A DNA stretch of 64,000 nucleotides, taken from NCBI RefSeq assembly GCF_000143415.4, contig NW_003314339.1, forward strand, positions 117,751-181,750. Direction: 5' to 3'. Position 1 is the first letter of the stretch, and the number at the start of each line of letters is the position of its first letter. The stretch is from Selaginella moellendorffii. Taxonomy: Eukaryota > Plantae > Lycopodiophyta. The notes beneath the pieces were generated by a model. It made no database searches, was not told where the DNA came from, and saw only the letters and a program-made list of their open reading frames with translations. This document shows, in pieces, positions 52,375-64,000 of this stretch. The position numbers were made by a program, and so were the translations under genes.

Positions 52375-54950
52375 TGTGAGACACAAAATCCCTAGGCCCT
52401 AAAGTGGAGCCAAAAGGGTGCCACTTGGTAGTGGCCAAAGCGAAAGCCAAATGAGTGTAACACATTTGGACTAAAAACTCCGACTTAAAAGGTCGAGAGC
52501 GGGAGTGGAACTCTCAACGACGTGCTTGAGGAACAAGCATGAAGCAAACAATAAGTGAGTCTCTAGAAAAGGGACACAAGAGGACCAACACATGACACCT
52601 GGAGGAGTCTGAGATGGAGTCCGAGATGGACCCGAGATGGACCCGAGATGGAGTCTAAGATGGAGTCCGAGATGGACCCGAGATGGAGTCCGAGATGGAC
52701 CCAAGATAGAGCCTGAGATGGAGTCCAAGATGGAATCCGAGATGGAGGCCGAGAAGGACCCGAGATGGAGTTCGAAGTCGAGATCGAGATCGAGGCCGGG
52801 ATTGAGACTGAGACTGAGACCAGGACCAAGACTAAGACCAAGGCCGAGGCCGAGACCGAGCCCAAGCCCAAGTCCAAGTCCGAGTCTGACTCTGAGTTTG
52901 AGTTTGAGGGGGGTGAAAGCCCAAAGCGTTCGTCTCCCAGACCCTAGGGGTTGGTGAGCTCCAAGAGTATAGTAGGGGGGGAGGACTCCAATGGAGCCAG
53001 TTTGGCCAGGAAAGGCCAGTTTGGCCTAGGAAGGCCAGACCCAGTGTTAGGTGATGATCTGACCATTGGGAAGTCCAGGACTAAAGTGAATACGGACTGA
53101 CAAGCAAGGTAGCTTGGTGAAGTGTTCAAGAGCCAGCTTTAGTTCCCCCAGGAGATCGAATGGTCAATGATCCCAGTCCAAGTGTGGGTGGCATTACTTA
53201 TTTGGATACCTGGCGTGGCTCAATGAAACCTTGCTCTAATCCCATGGCTAGAGCACCCAAAGGCGGAAGGCGGGGAGAGTACCTACGAAGCTCGTGTAAG
53301 GCCACGGTATTCCAAAATGTCGCCCCAAAGTCCCAGACTATGAATAGGAAAAGGAGCAGTCCTCTAGTGTAGAGACCAAAAATACGGTCATGTGAGGAGG
53401 AAGTCCCAGAGGACCGTGGGACTTAGTGGTCAGGCTTGTGGGCCTTGATCTAGTGGTAGTGTTAGCGAACACGGCCATGGACAGAAAAGGGACTTAATGG
53501 GGACTGGAAAAGGGATATTGGGGAAGGCTAATCCCCATGTTTGTGGGCATTCTAAGGATGCTAAGGAGTGGATCTAGGATGATCACTCATGGATGGATGG
53601 CCCATTCCTTGAGAGATGAGACAGTGATGCAGGTGGTGTTAGACCACTAGTGTGACCAAGGTGAAGGGGCATGGCCTTAGTGTAACAGGCTGATATGTTA
53701 GTGGTACCTTGGGGTGTCAGTCATGGAACCGGACACATGGAGCACTTAGACCAAGTGCAAAGGTTGAGTGGCGGGGATGCCATTCACGGGGCTAGCAAGA
53801 CCAAGTCCAAAATAGGACTTATGAAGGATGTGAGTGAGACTCCTCCAAGTGGTCGGAGGTGTGGTTAAGTGATTAAAGTAGAATGGAAAAATTAAGTCAC
53901 TTACAATAGCCTTCCTTGGTCACATTGGGCTTTTTTGGCCAAACAAGTTTTATTGGAGTCCTCCTCCTACTTGGAGCTCATCAAACCCCCAGGATTTGAG
54001 AAATGATCACTTTGGCCTTTCACCATTGAACTCGAACTTGAACTCGGATCAAACTTAGACTCGGACTTGGTCTTGTTCTTGGTCTCAGTCTCAATCTCAG
54101 TCTCAACCTCGATTTTGGACTCGGTTTTGGTTTCCATCTTGGACTCGACCTTAAGCTCTATCTTAGACTCGACCTTGAGCTCTATCTCAGACTCCATCTT
54201 AAACTCTATCTTGGACTCCATCTTGGACTCTATCTCAAATTCCATCTCAAACTCCATCTTAGGTCCATTTTGGACTCTTTCTTGGACTTTATTTTGGACT
54301 CCATCTCGGGTCTATCTTGATATTTTTACATGTCATATGTTAGTCCTTTTATGTCCTTTTTCTAGAAGCTTACTTATTGATTACTTTATGCTCATTCCTT
54401 AAGCACTTTGTTAGGAGTTTCACTCCCGCTCTTGATTTTTCAACTTGGAACTTTTAGTCCAAATGTGTTATATTTGTTTGGCTTCCGCTTGGGCCACTAC
54501 CATATGACACCCTGTCGGCTCTATTTTAGGGCTTACAGATTTGTGTCTTATAATTGCACCACCCATAGACAAAGTTTGATGTCCTCATCAAATGATAAAC
54601 CATTTCATAAAGTAATCCCATCATAAATTACCATTTTCCTTAGCACTAAGATAATATTTGTCAATGGTTCAACACCGAAGGCTCACCATGCCTTTCCCAT
54701 CCTTTAAGGAGCTAATCAATCCAACTTAGAGTTTTATTAGATCATATATGATAATTCTTATTTTTTGTTCGTTTAATTCTCATTAAACCCGTTAGAAACA
54801 CCTTCTCTATCTTTACTACTCATTCCAGTAACTGTCATACTTTAAAACTATGATATTGACTTCTCAAATCAAATTCCTTGGTGTCTCTAACACCTTGCAT
54901 TGTACATACTATGCAAACTCCACTTCCCCATCTTAGAAAGCCTTTCAATT
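52375..54950. repeat. Nested, oppositely oriented LTR-like repeat copies forming an imperfect inverted repeat
   Basis: TGTGAGACACAAA..GCCCTAAAGTGGAGCC at 52375 (plus) and its diverged reverse complement ending at ~54552. Both arms carry the hexamer array. Confidence 0.6.
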
Positions 54951-56122
54951 GGGGATGGTCCAAAGTTGAGTTGAGCTCAATTCAACACAAGTCAATTCAA
55001 GACAACATGGTCAACTAAAAGTCTTATAAAGGAAATCTAAATTGAACAAATGAAAACTTTAAAATATTTAAATATATAAATATTTAAGTTAAAAGTTTCT
55101 ATAAGATTGAATTGTTTAAAAAAGATAAAGTTCACGAGAACTTATCTTTTGTAAAGCTATATTATTTTATTATGACTACTATTACAGTTGCCATATTTTG
55201 ATTTAAATACTTAATATTTTGAATACTTTTACAGTTGTAGATACTATTCCTTTATTCAAAAGATTTGTTAGGGTTTTTGAGAAGATGGGAAGCAAAGAAG
55301 ATACAAAATCTATGAATAAGAGTTATAATGCAAAGGTATGTAAAAATGTTAATTTTATTTCACTACCACAATTTCCATATTACACTTTTGATCTTTATTA
55401 CCCATATGGGAATGTGGAGACCATTATCACAATTGATAAAAATGCTTTTATTACTTCTGAAACAACAGTTCAGACCAAGAGAAATGAAGAAATGAACAGC
55501 ACGGCAAAAAACACCAAGAAATTTACTCCATAAAACTTTCTATGACATTTATAATTTATATATTAATTCATATCATAAACTTTGTTGCCTATCTATATTA
55601 CAATCTTCTTATATGATAAGACCAAGGTATATTTTTGCAGTGAATCCTCATTAAAAGTTTTCGGGAGTTGTTTGTGAATAATAATAAAAGAAATCGAAAT
55701 CTTTCAAAAGACTCAAAAATAATATCACATCAAAAAATCAACTTTATCTACATTTCCAAGACTGAAAAGCAATCTCATACAAGAGAATGGCAGCATACCC
55801 ACGTGCTTTGCCACTATAATGTGGTCTATATTTCCTTACAATCTATTTCCCTAGACATTTGGCATGTGTAGAAAGGAATATATGTGTAGCAAAGTAAGAT
55901 TTCATCATAATGATAGAGCATGTGTATACACAATAATCTAAAATTCTAAAAGCTTTTATATTTACAAGTAAGCTATGATTATGAAACCCCATTTCCAAGA
56001 CTAACATTTAAAGAATCTCAATATTATCAGTATCATAATAAATAAACCTCATTCCCAAGACTAGAACTTAGTATATAAACTATCTAGAAAAGTTATAGTT
56101 ATTGTAGTGTTTTTTTTTCTCC

Positions 56123-56680
56123 TTGAGCTCATTGGAAGTTTGTATTGAAATGGCTCGAAGGAAAGTCACTGTTACTCATACTTTGCCCCTTAGCATTTCA
56201 TATCAATCTCTATCTCCATCCCTAGGTTCTAGTAACATTCCACCTTCATCTCCATATAACAATCTTTTTTTTGTTGAGGGCTCTAGTGAAGTTAAACTAA
56301 AGCTCCCTATATATGAAATTTCGGATTTTGCTACTAGAGAAGGATTGCCTCTAGCACTTCAAGAGCAATGCTGCATGTTTTTGCCAAATCTTGCTCCTGA
56401 CATGGTAGAACTAGAAAGCACAGAATGCTATTACATTCGGTGTCTAATATGTTACTTTTTCTTGGACAAGACAAATGGTTTTATAGGTTTACAAACTTTT
56501 CTTGAGCACTATAGCAATTGCCCAATGTTGGGTTTGGAAAATGTGCATATGTGGATATACAATAGATTCAAGAATGAATTACAGGCATAAACCCATTATT
56601 CCTTTATGGTGAGGAACAACATTCCCTTGGGAAACATTGCATTGGCTAGTGCAAAATATGGGGTTTTTAGGCTGCCCTAC
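56123..56680 (+). pseudogene. Possible decayed exon of an unknown TE-associated gene with a CxxC...H..C zinc-binding-like pattern
   Basis: 155-aa open frame in very AT-rich DNA after a polypyrimidine tract; YIRCLIC...LEHYSNC. Confidence 0.3.
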
Positions 56681-57059
56681 AGTGGAATATAAGATCTAAA
56701 ATTACTTTACTATACTATAGTATTGTCAATTTTAAAAGAAAAAATATAATAAAATGATATTAGTTGTAAATAACATACTTTATTCTAGAAGGTGCTATCA
56801 TGAAGGCAACACACAAGTGCTACAAAGTGGTGGTGAGAGGTGAGAATGATAATTTACAATTATAATATTTGACACTAACACTAACATTTAACACTTTTAT
56901 TGAAATCTGATATATAACGTGTTTTTCATTTTATGTAAAGATGCAATTAACTTTCTTCTACCTCATCATCAACATATTGATTTCTTTTATGCTTACTTCT
57001 ATATTAGTATTGTGGGGAAGATTCACCTTATATATGTTAAGCTATAGCTTTTGCATAAT

Positions 57060-60000
57060 CGGGGAGACTTCCAAAGCCTCCAATTCTAGAAATTCCAAGT
57101 GACTGTGATCTATAAAACAGAATTAAACATATATTGAAATTTTAATAAACATAATTTACCTCCTTGAGGTTGGAAGCAACTCACGAATCCTCTGAGCCAG
57201 CATTTGAAGAAATGGTGTTCTTTAATAGCAAACACCAACCTACCAAAGTCATGTGCTACCTCCATCATACCTACTGTGCAATCAATCACAACACCATCTG
57301 GTGGGCAATAGAGCTCAAGCAAGACTTGCATTGTTAATGGAGTTTGAAATTAATACCTTGGAAACATGTTGCGGATCTGCTCATCACAAAGTTGGGTATA
57401 ATGTTAATGGAAATATCATACCCAGGAAAAACACATGTTGCACATTCGTTATCATGAAACCCATCATGTGTGTTTCTGCAGAAGGCATGATAGGTCCATA
57501 TCATAATCTAGAAAATAAAAAGTTTAGAAATTAAATAAAAATATAAAATACATACTCACCTTTTCAAGCTTCCCTTGGACACCCCTCGTATTGACGCCAA
57601 TAGGATTCATGATGCACCCGGAAGAGAATGACTTGAAATGAACTTCTACTGCATACGTCATAAGTTCATACATCCAATTAGGGTCATTTGGTAGGATGAA
57701 GACGACATGGCCAGCTTTGAGCATAAGGGCTTCGGATAAAAGGAATGCATCGCGCATATGGTCAAGTGTGAGAAAGTTCCAATTCTCAACTTTCCCATTG
57801 ATATTTGAAAGACCATTTAGAAAGTCGAAGAGAATGAAGTCCACAACTGGGAGCAAGGGCCTTTGTATCTTTCGGCACCAATAGTTGAATTGGTGCCGTA
57901 TATCCATGTTGATGTTGTCTTCTGTGAAAGACATTAACAATTTACTATAGAAGCTAATGAAAACACCCATAATGCCTCGTTATGTTATTGGGGAAACAAA
58001 ACGAACCTATAAAATAGCTAAGTGAATGAAAAAAGAAACAAATAATATACTACTGTCATATGGTATGTTGTTGATGAGAGTTCCTCCAACTCCTTTTCAT
58101 AAGCATCTTATCGAGCTGGAATGAAATTACTACCAATAGTCATTGTTGCAAAAAACATGTATTACCACCTTTCATTTATAAAATTCACTTTTGCTTACCT
58201 CGAGGTTAACATGATATTCTATGAACCACTTGATCATCATTATTTACTGGTGGAACTTGATCCGGATCTTGGTTGTTTGATGGTTGAACTAGAGCCTAAT
58301 CCTAATTATTTGGTGGTGGGAGGAGAATTTGATCTAAAGCTTCTTCATCCTCATTTCCATCATTACTTGTATTGCCATCATTATCAACATTGATAACTTC
58401 CTTTTGGTCTAGTGTAGAGGTCTCCTTCCTTAGGAGCTCCAACTCCCAAGGGCATTCTATCTCCGTGTCTTTGGAACTCTCACAAATATTGTTAGGTATA
58501 TTCCTTTATCCCTTACACCCTTTGCAACAAATCGAGTGCAAACTGGTGCCTCAAATGACATGCCTCTATATCGAAGATACTTGTAAATAATATATATTAA
58601 AAAAAAGTTTTAGAAATCATATTATACCTATAAACTGCATATCATATGAAATAAGGTTGACCATGTTAGCAATCATAAGTTGTTTTGCTTGTAGACTTCT
58701 TTGGCAGCCACCCCTCTTTAATCCCTTTCAATAATGTGTTGATATAACTGTTGAAAGACATAAATATGCCATTTAGATCATCACCAATGTGCAGTGCCAA
58801 GAACTTTTCACCTTCATTTATAGTTTGCATGATGTAGATAGCCCTTCTTATCATGTTTTCAAATAGTTCTGGTAGTCCTTTCTCTTTGTTCATCAAGTAA
58901 ACATTGAGGAACTCCAGAGTCTCTAACTGTTTCTTATATAGGAACTTCAATTTTGCAATATTATAAATTATATCATTTAGAGTTTTGTTCACTGCGAAAG
59001 TAACATATGCATAATTGAAAAAAATGAAGTGTGATAAGAAACTTACATTTATGAGAAGAAATTTTGGCTATAATCTCTAGCCACTCCTTTGGCCTATGAT
59101 TGTTTGCAATGCATACTAGTTTCTTTAACTTTGAAGTCTTTGCATGTTGAATTTTGTATTCAATTTGTACGAACTCAGCCAAGAGCTCTTCCTGACTCTT
59201 CTTGGATATGCAAGTTTATAAGCATCTTACTTGACCTTCATCAAAGGCTAAAAATGAAAATAATAAAAAGAGGCTCTTATAAAGTGAAAGGGAAAGACAT
59301 ACCTTACACCAAACAACGAACATAAAATTGATTGGGTTGTTGAACCAAGTTGTATTGTCATTTCGAGTGGATGAGTGCCAAACAAGTGTTGTGAGATCAT
59401 CACCATAATATTGGCGGATGTCATCCTCACTCAAAAATCAAAGTTGTTAGATTTCATGGATAAGATCTTGCTTTTGAACAATGAATTGCCCAAGCTTACA
59501 TTTATACACAATAAAACAAGTTAAAGTGGAGTTGGAGGTAAAATTATAAAACTTATACATTGATCTTTTGGCAAGCCAAGATAAGTCTATTGACATCCAG
59601 AGGTCCCTTTACGTAAACATGGCCAACTAAAACGTTGATATGGTAGATAGGATTATCGAAAAAATGATCATCGATACACTTCATCCAAGCCCTATATCGG
59701 TGGTTACCATCAATAATTTGGAATATTGTCCCCGCAAGTTGTTGAGTCTCAGGATGTTTAATAAGCATATTATCAAATTCCAGGGACTTCCTCTTCCAAA
59801 TAGAATCCCAACTATTCACAATCTCGAGTGTGACGGTAATGATCTCCGTTGTTCTTAACTTGCAAAAAGAGACTAGAAACACACTGATATTTGTCGCAAG
59901 TCCATTTTGTTTGAACAAGCTATATATGTCCGGATTGACATACTTGGATGCTGTGCAGAAAAGGTTTGTCAGCTGCAAACAGTAAAGAGGGATTTCTTTG

Positions 60001-60515
60001 ATCAAGTCACAAGGGTCTGGCCACTTGAACATCTCAAGTGTTTAGTGAACTGTTTTTTCCTTTGTCTATATAATAGTCTCTTAGAAACGCTTGTCCACCA
60101 CATTGTCAAGAAGGTCTGCAACTCTTTCAACTCCAAGTTGTTCCTTAGGTTCCCTATTATGAACACCATTAGATTGCCCAACTTTAAGAATTTGTGTTGG
60201 TGGTGGGCCAATGAGGAGTAATGGTGGAGGTGGTAGTGGTGATGGTGGGGGTGGTGATAGTGGCAGCAGGGGCGAAGGCAATAGTGGCAGTGGTAGTGGC
60301 AATGGTGGTGGTGGAGGTGGTGATGGTGGTGGTGGAGGTGGTGATAGCGGTGGTGGAGGTGTTGATGGTGGTGGAGGTGGTGGATATTTAAACAAATGTG
60401 TTTTTGTTGATATGCCAATAGACATGTCGATTGTAATGTCGTCATTAGTGCTGAATTAAACTTCTCATGTTTTCTTAGCTTCAACAACTTTTTTATGTGG
60501 TATAATTTTCCTTTT
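57060..60515 (-). pseudogene. Decayed multi-exon gene: poly-Pro N-terminus, ParB/sulfiredoxin-like domain, and beta-class N4/N6 DNA-methyltransferase-like C-terminus
   Basis: Branch point and acceptor ACTAAC..TTTTGCAG at ~60515. One frame runs 60425-59553 through TAA/TAG stops and contains FQIIDGNHRYRAW. Further on are VDFILFDFLNG..LMLKAGHVVFI (57970-57524) and KTPLTMQVLLELYCPPDGVVIDCTVG..AHDFGRLVFAIKE (~57345-57220). GT/AG-bounded AT-rich introns lie between. Confidence 0.6.
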
Positions 60516-60599
60516 CTGCAAAAGAAAAAATTTTGTTAGTCAAACTAAATAAAGATAATAAGAAATTCAAACAGTCAAAGAGAAAAAAGAAAAATCAAG

Positions 60600-62927
60600 T
60601 GGGCACTTTATCTTTAGGGACTTAACCTACCTTAGGGCTCACAGTGGAAAGGTGGCACAGTGGAGCTTTTGAGGTAGCTTGGGGGTGGTTGGGTGGTGAG
60701 GAACCTCAAGAGGTGGTATAGCATAGTCTAGGGTGACTTGATCTTTGTGTTTTTGCGCTAAATCATAATAGCTAGTGATCTTACCCTAATATGCCTTAAT
60801 ATACCCTTGAGCCTCCCTTTGACCAATGTTGACCATGTGGTCAAAGCTGGCGCCTAACAATTCTTCCCCCCCAACAAAGTCCTTATCCCAAGGACAAGTT
60901 GTATCAGTGATCACTAGGGAATCTTGCTCAAGCTCCTGATCCATCTTCCACAGCTGTATACATCAAGGAGACATTGGGCCTATCACTCTGAGATAGTACA
61001 CCTTTCAACTGACTGATATAAAATACTGGATGAATTTTCACCTTAGCTGGCAACTGCACCTGATAAGCTGCTTTACCAATGCGCTCTAGCACTTCATATG
61101 GACCAGCATATCGATAGAAAAGTTTATCACTCTTCCCTGTTCATAAAGGCACCAAGGTGTTCCACCACTCACTTAACGGAAAGATCACCCTCACAAAGAC
61201 GAGATCACCCACCTTATATTCTCGGAATTGGCGATGCTCATTGGCAAACTTCTTTGCTCTATCTTGAGCTGCTTGCAAATTTCGTTTGCACACCACCAGA
61301 ATCTCATCAAGTTCTGTGGTGAGATCAGTTGCCTCAGAATCAAGCTTATCTTGAACGTCCTTACTTAAATGCAATCCCAGCTCCACTGTTGTTTGAGGAT
61401 GCCTTCCAAACATGGCAAAGTAAGGACTTAGCTTGGTTCCACTGTGTTGGCTATTGTTGTAAGCAAATTGCACCAATGGAAGATATAAATCCCATTGTCC
61501 TTGCCTTTGACCAATGCTACAACGTAGCATATCCTCCACCACCTAATTCACATGCTCGGTTTGCCCATCCATCTAAGGATGATCTCCACTCAAGAGTTTC
61601 AAAGTCACTTGCATAACCTTTGCAAAGCTTTTCCAAAATCCACTAGTGAACTTTGAATCTTGATCACTAATGATGTCCTCCGGCAAACCAAAATCAGGAA
61701 AAACTTTCTCCAAGTAAACCGTAGCCAAGTTTGAGGCAGTGACAGTCTTTTGAAGAGCCAACAACCACACATACTTTGTCAACCGATCCACTATAACCCA
61801 TACTTGCTCCTTTTGCCTCTGTGTTTGTGGCAAACAAGTGATGAAGTCCATAGAAATACTACACCAACGGCTCTGAGGAATAGGTAAAAGTTGCAAAAGT
61901 CCCCTTGGCTTCTCCCATGGCACCTTAACCCGCTGACAAAACTCACATGATTTACAATATTTGAGGATATCAACCTTCATATTCCTCCAATAAAAGTTGT
62001 GTAATCAACTCATATGTCTTCTTTTCCTCAAAATGACCATCCTCTGGATGATCATGATAATGGAATAAAACTTGAGTAATTAACACGTCCACCCATGATA
62101 AATATGCACAACCATTGTAGTAGAGAATCCCATCCACCAATGAGAAAGGGGCTTCCATCTAGTCTCACAAAGAGGCCACCTCAACATCTTGAGCCTAAGC
62201 ATGCTCAACCAACTGCCCAAACTCACTGACCACCATATTTAAATGATGATAAAATCATGTTTGTAATGTCATTACATGACGAACACGAGATAAAGCATCT
62301 GCCACCACATTTGATTTTCCCGAACGATGCTTAATAGGAAACTCCCCAAACTCTATGATTTTGACCATCCAACGAGCTTGCCTAGTGTTCAACTCCTTTT
62401 GAGTGAAAAGATACACAGGTGGTTTGTGATCTATCAACACTACAAACACTGCACCATAAAGATAGTGCCGCCACATCTGCAAAGCATGAACAATAGAGAA
62501 TAACTCTTGCTTATATGTGAAATAGTGTTGCTTCACGGAATTCAAAGTTCGACTCTCATATGCAATAGGCTGTCCCTCTTGCATGAGAACTCCTCCCAGT
62601 GCATAATGACTCGCATCGCATGTCACCTCATAAGGTTTCGAGGGATTAGCAATGCAAAGCACTGGAGTCTCGCTCAACAATCATTTCAGCGCCACAAAAC
62701 TCTCCTCTTGTGGCTTCTTCCACTCTAATGATACATTCTTGCGTAACAACCACGTCAAAGGAATAGCCACCTCTGCAAACTTATGCTGAAAACGTCGGTA
62801 GTAACTAGCCATACCAAGAAAACTGCATAACTCGGCCACTGTAGTCGGTGTAGGCCAGTTTTCCACCACAGCCACCTTCCTTGGATTCGTCTTGACACCC
62901 TTAGATGTCACAATATGGCTTAGATAT
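60600..62927 (-). mobile_element. 3' half of a second degenerate copy of the Ty3/gypsy family at 37.6-40.8 kb (RT end, RNase H, integrase, PPT, 3' LTR start)
   Basis: FLGMASYYRRF, CDASHYALGGVL, NVVADALSR, HDHPEDGH..CKSCEFC, MDFITCLP, KIHPVF. PPT GGGGGGGAAGAA then TGTTAGG at 60859 on the minus strand. LTR left end approximate. Confidence 0.9.
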
Positions 62928-63533
62928 TGTAGCGCACGTGGTTTTGACCCTTTATCCTATGGTGATTTACCATAGGATAACACCATGAAGCGGAACCTAA
63001 ACCCTCTTTGTGCCACATGACAGATGCCATGTGTCACATGCCACATGTCCAAAGGAACGTGGTGCGGAACCCAAGTTCAGGGCCTTAGGCCACTGAACGA
63101 AGGAACAGTACCAAACCCCCAAACATGGAGCCTAGGAGCAACGAAACCGAACCACGGAGCAACTCCCAAGTATATAACTCAAGGAGCGAAGGGACAGGAG
63201 GCCGGAGTGACTTTGTACAGTCCTAGAGCAACCAACATCCCAATGCTAGGACTAGCACGCAAAATGGAGTCAAACAGAGTTTGGAATTATTTTGGCATAC
63301 CAGTGGCTAACATAAGGACATGGGTACTCCACCAGCTAGCATGGAATGGAACTTGGGCTTAGACCCAAGCCAGATGCAGAACAAAGACAGGCACGCAAGC
63401 GGAAGCTATACTATGCCTCAGGTTGGTTGGCCATGCCCAACCTACCCACTATCCCTACTATACATTTGGAACCCCCCACCCCTTTGAGGAACACACGCTT
63501 TGGGCTTTCACCCCAAGCCTCCCTTAGTATCAG
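62928..63533 (-). repeat. Inverted partial copy of the 44338/50449 LTR family inserted into the gypsy RT
   Basis: TGTAGCGCACGTGG at 62928 is the reverse complement of the LTR end. Homology stops at ~63533. It interrupts the RT VEYLGHIV motif (compare 38620-38645). Confidence 0.85.
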
Positions 63534-63559
63534 AGCTGGGTTTACCTTCACGATTGCCA

Positions 63560-63910
63560 CGAGCTCCTGATGCTAAGTCATGGGATCAATATTTAACAAG
63601 CATTCTTCCACTTGTCCGAGCAGAGTCTGCCAAACACTTAGGCCGCGTACAAGTGGGACAACAACAGCACTACAACTCCCATCATCGTCCACCTGCGGAG
63701 TACAAAGTGGATGATTTAGTGTTAGTCCATTTTCCCCATCTTACGGTACGTGGTTTATCTAAGGGGCTCCTTACGCAGTGGAAAGGACCGTATCGGGTGT
63801 TGTGGCAAGTTGGACCGCAAGTTTATGAGGTTTAGCATGACGTTCAGCAGGCTGATCCTCCGGAGATTGTGCATGTGTAGCGGTTAAAACGCTTCATACA
63901 AAGGGATCAG
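63560..63910 (+). mobile_element. Gypsy-type integrase C-terminal (GPY/F) remnant
   Basis: YKVDDLVLV..LLTQWKGPYRVLWQVGPQVYEV*..IVHV*RLKRF. Confidence 0.75.
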
Positions 63911-64000
63911 GAGCAGTTAATACCGTTTACAGATCTGCCGATGCCTCCACCTGACATTCCTCCAAATCCCGGCCCATCTACAAGAGAACCCTGACAGCCT

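Noticed and set aside
42691-54402. ORFs rich in E/S/I/K or L/D/S repeats (42691, 43463, 52471-52957, 53967, 54067)
   Set aside because: They are translations of degenerate hexamer arrays in repeat DNA, with no evidence of protein-coding constraint.
60002-60487. His-rich and Gly-rich ORFs
   Set aside because: Alternative frames of the (CCA)n poly-Pro tract of the decayed minus-strand gene.

Overview
Eukaryotic land-plant genomic DNA. The ~50-80 bp introns, very short intergenic spacers and gene set suggest a lycophyte such as Selaginella; this is an inference, not a database result. The window has two halves. (1) ~2.5-35.7 kb is gene-dense: a secreted GNA-type lectin fusion, a calponin-homology/TM/LysM protein, H2A.Z, CGI-58-like hydrolase, BRCA2, XTH, ER-retained LEA, ABC1 kinase, SKIP35-like, CCCH-KH, ASCL/LAP5-6-type type III PKS, a VPS41 pseudogene bracketed by two paralogous small acidic ORFs, GulLO-like oxidase, GH2 beta-galactosidase, FLOE1-like DUF1421 and a DCC oxidoreductase. 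(2) ~35.7-64 kb is a nest of decayed Ty3/gypsy elements containing a young non-autonomous LTR element (44338-51601) and an AT-rich island. Top candidates for an undescribed system: (a) a decayed, intron-containing gene (~57.1-60.5 kb, minus) with a ParB/sulfiredoxin-like DGNHR domain followed by beta-class N4/N6 DNA-methyltransferase-like motifs, a prokaryote/phage-type architecture inside plant TE-rich DNA; (b) a spliced CH-TM-LysM protein (3783-5440) that could link the cytoskeleton to chitin or plastid peptidoglycan across a membrane. Exon boundaries were read by eye and TE boundaries are approximate.
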